From: Bacillota bacterium
GTDB taxonomy: Bacteria; Bacillota_I; Bacilli_A; Izemoplasmatales; Hujiaoplasmataceae
Direction: 5' to 3'
DNA length: 49,655 nucleotides
Assembly (NCBI GenBank): GCA_022710895.1
Contig: JAKLGB010000001.1
Location: forward strand, 17,446-67,100
The position numbers and the translations under genes were made by a program. The notes under the pieces are model-generated. The model was given only the letters and a program-made list of their open reading frames with translations. It searched no databases and had not been told where the DNA came from. Positions 48,211-49,655 of the stretch are shown one piece after another. Numbering within the stretch: the first letter of the stretch is position 1; the number at the start of each line of letters is the position of its first letter.

Positions 48211-48239
48211 ATTATAGCCCTTTCGAACGATTTGGGCAA
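48211..48239 (-). promoter_or_regulatory. sigma-A promoter of the CAT-like/NYN operon (TTGCCC-17-TATAAT)
   Basis: Minus strand reads TTGCCC aaatcgttcgaaagggc TATAAT. Confidence 0.65.
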
Positions 48240-48247
48240 CCGTTTCC

Positions 48248-48276
48248 AAAAAAAAGCCCGCCGGGGGCGGGCAAAA
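48248..48276 (-). terminator. intrinsic terminator after the aldo/keto reductase gene
   Basis: Minus strand reads GCCCGCC-ccc-GGCGGGC followed by TTTTTTTTGG. Confidence 0.85.
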
Positions 48277-48280
48277 GGAC

Positions 48281-49114
48281 TTATCGATGGGCAAAAGGTA
48301 ATTGGATGCCGTCCAGAATCGTCAAATCCTGTTCATTCATGGAAAAGCCAAATACATCCAGATTGTTTTCGATCCGTTCGCGTGTCACCGATTTAGGAAG
48401 CGGGAGGAACCCTCTTTGCAAGCTCCAACGCAAGGCGATCTGCGCTTTGGATTTTTGGTATTTCTCTGCCATTTGCGCCAATACCGGATGTTGGAAAAGC
48501 CGCCCCGTGGCGAAGGGGGAATAGGCTTCGATCAAAATGCCTTTCGGGCGGGAATAAGCGACCGTTTCTTCTTGCGCCGCACCCGGGCACAAGAAAATCT
48601 GATCAACGTGGGGAACAAAACCGGTGGCTTGAATCACCGGATCCAGGTGTTCCGGTCGGAAATTGGAAACCCCGATGGAACGGATTTTTCCTTCTTCATA
48701 CAATTCGATAAAGGCTTTCCACGTCTCGATATTGGCATCCGCATACTCGGTCCCGTCGGTATGAACATTCCACGGTTTCGGAGCATGGATCAAATATAAA
48801 TCCAGATAATCGACACCCAAACGGCGGATGGTCTCCGCGAACTCGCGCTTGGCGATTTCATAACCTTTGAGTTCCGCTTTCAATTTCGAGGTGATGAACA
48901 CCTGATTTCGGGGAATTCCCGAGTCACGAATGGCTTGACCGACGGATTTTTCGTTTCCGTAGGCGGCAGCGGTATCGATGTGACGATAGCCGGCTTCCAA
49001 AGCCCAAAGGGTGGAATCATGCGCTTCCTGTCCTTCGGGAATCTGCCAAGTTCCGAAACCGATCGAAGGAATCGCGACCCCATTGCTTAAGATGAAATGA
49101 TTTTTGACTTCCAT
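48281..49114 (-). CDS. aldo/keto reductase
   Basis: IPSIGFGTWQ, GYRHIDTAAAYGNE, FITSKL, LDLYLIHAP, and the C-terminal SVTRERIENN. ATG at 49114 has a GGAGGT SD. Confidence 0.9.
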   Translation of the reverse strand: MEVKNHFILSNGVAIPSIGFGTWQIPEGQEAHDSTLWALEAGYRHIDTAAAYGNEKSVGQAIRDSGIPRNQVFITSKLKAELKGYEIAKREFAETIRRLGVDYLDLYLIHAPKPWNVHTDGTEYADANIETWKAFIELYEEGKIRSIGVSNFRPEHLDPVIQATGFVPHVDQIFLCPGAAQEETVAYSRPKGILIEAYSPFATGRLFQHPVLAQMAEKYQKSKAQIALRWSLQRGFLPLPKSVTRERIENNLDVFGFSMNEQDLTILDGIQLPFAHR

Positions 49115-49179
49115 GAAAGTACCTCCGAATGACATTGATGAACTTATTATATCAAAAACCGGAGTTCCTAGCAAATCGG

Positions 49180-49221
49180 TTGCCCGAAAAGAAAGCCGCC
49201 CGATCGTTCGTGGGCGGCTTT
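49180..49221 (-). terminator. intrinsic terminator after the truncated membrane gene
   Basis: Minus strand reads AAAGCCGCCC-10 nt-GGGCGGCTTT followed by CTTTTCGG. Confidence 0.6.
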
Positions 49222-49228
49222 AAATCGT

Positions 49229-49655
49229 TCAAATGCGAGCTTCGGCGGGTTTTTTTCGTTGTTCTCTCATTCGTCGGAACAAGGGCGGAAGCCCAAAAAG
49301 ACATCCGAAGAAGAAAAGATAAATGAGCACGTAGAAGAAAAAATAGTTGGAGTCATTGCCAAAGGGAAGGGCGTTCTCTTCCAAATACATGTAATTCGCC
49401 CCGGAATTGGGATAAAATACGCGGTTCGCCAACGTCGCCCATCCCATCAAAACGAGAATCCCGACAATCGCTTTCCACGATTCCGAAAAACGCAGGGAAA
49501 ATCCCCCAATGGCAATGTCGGTGACCGGAATAAGGATCAGCAGCATATGGGCGCTCATCCCCTCCAAAGCGCTGAATGACAGAAAGCGGCTGTCAAAATA
49601 GTCGCCGTTGAGGATGGTGATCGTCCCGCCCATGATTCCTAAAACATAAGCCGGG
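49229..49655 (-). CDS. integral membrane protein, C-terminal part (possibly YwaF/TIGR02206-like); 5' end outside the window
   Basis: The frame stays open upstream of the ORF-track ATG (..PAYVLGIMGG..) to the window edge. It has several TM segments and a GANYMYL motif. The family call is from memory only. Confidence 0.45.
   Translation of the reverse strand, partial: PAYVLGIMGGTITILNGDYFDSRFLSFSALEGMSAHMLLILIPVTDIAIGGFSLRFSESWKAIVGILVLMGWATLANRVFYPNSGANYMYLEENALPFGNDSNYFFFYVLIYLFFFGCLFGLPPLFRRMREQRKKPAEARI

Noticed and set aside
1-49655. Search for CRISPR arrays, IS elements/transposases, integrases, prophage genes, tRNA/rRNA genes and known defence modules
   Set aside because: No direct-repeat/spacer arrays, no transposase, recombinase or reverse-transcriptase-like ORFs, and no intergenic space long enough for rRNA/tRNA genes. 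The largest gaps are explained by promoters, terminators and the B12 riboswitch.

Overview
This is a dense chromosomal core region of roughly 50% GC with a Firmicutes/Bacillota-type layout. All homology calls come from reading motifs by eye; no database search was run.

**Overall organisation**
- I count 43 CDS, and 41 of them are on the minus strand.
- Standard code 11 applies: TGA is used as a stop, for example in mutL, addA and nifS.
- Many gene junctions are ATGA start/stop overlaps, which points to long translationally coupled operons.
- I found no rRNA, tRNA, CRISPR array, IS/transposase, integrase or recognisable defence gene.

**Left half (Bacillus subtilis-like synteny)**
- One block is pgsA-recA / rny-ymdB-miaB-ricA(ymcA) / X-mutS-mutL-miaA.
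- The next is efp-CNNM/TlyC-rluB / cmk-rpsA.
- The sporulation/competence genes cinA, spoVS and cotE are absent. The cotE slot holds a 459-aa tail-anchored protein with a P/E-rich repeat.

**Centre**
- A four-gene operon encodes two unknown polytopic membrane proteins, a membrane-tethered M20 peptidase and a beta-lactamase-fold hydrolase.
- Next comes addB-addA-GH20-like, followed by two cytoplasmic Sel1-repeat proteins chained to queH.

**Right half**
- hsp20, preceded by two CIRCE operators.
- cysE-cysK.
- A redox/sulfur cluster: lpdA, a GyrI-like gene, nifS-type desulfurase, a small thioredoxin and a Trx-DsbD fusion.
- An N-domain-less clpB behind a CIRCE-embedded consensus promoter.
- A cobalamin riboswitch driving a DUF4430 lipoprotein and an S-component-like membrane protein.
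- An orphan copZ, a CAT-like/NYN-LOTUS operon, an aldo/keto reductase and a truncated membrane gene.

**Candidates for undescribed biology**
Nothing here is an obvious new system. The best candidates are:
- the membrane-pair/M20/serine-hydrolase operon;
- the Sel1-Sel1-queH operon;
- the lpdA-to-DsbD redox cluster;
- the cotE-slot protein;
- the expanded HrcA/CIRCE regulon.
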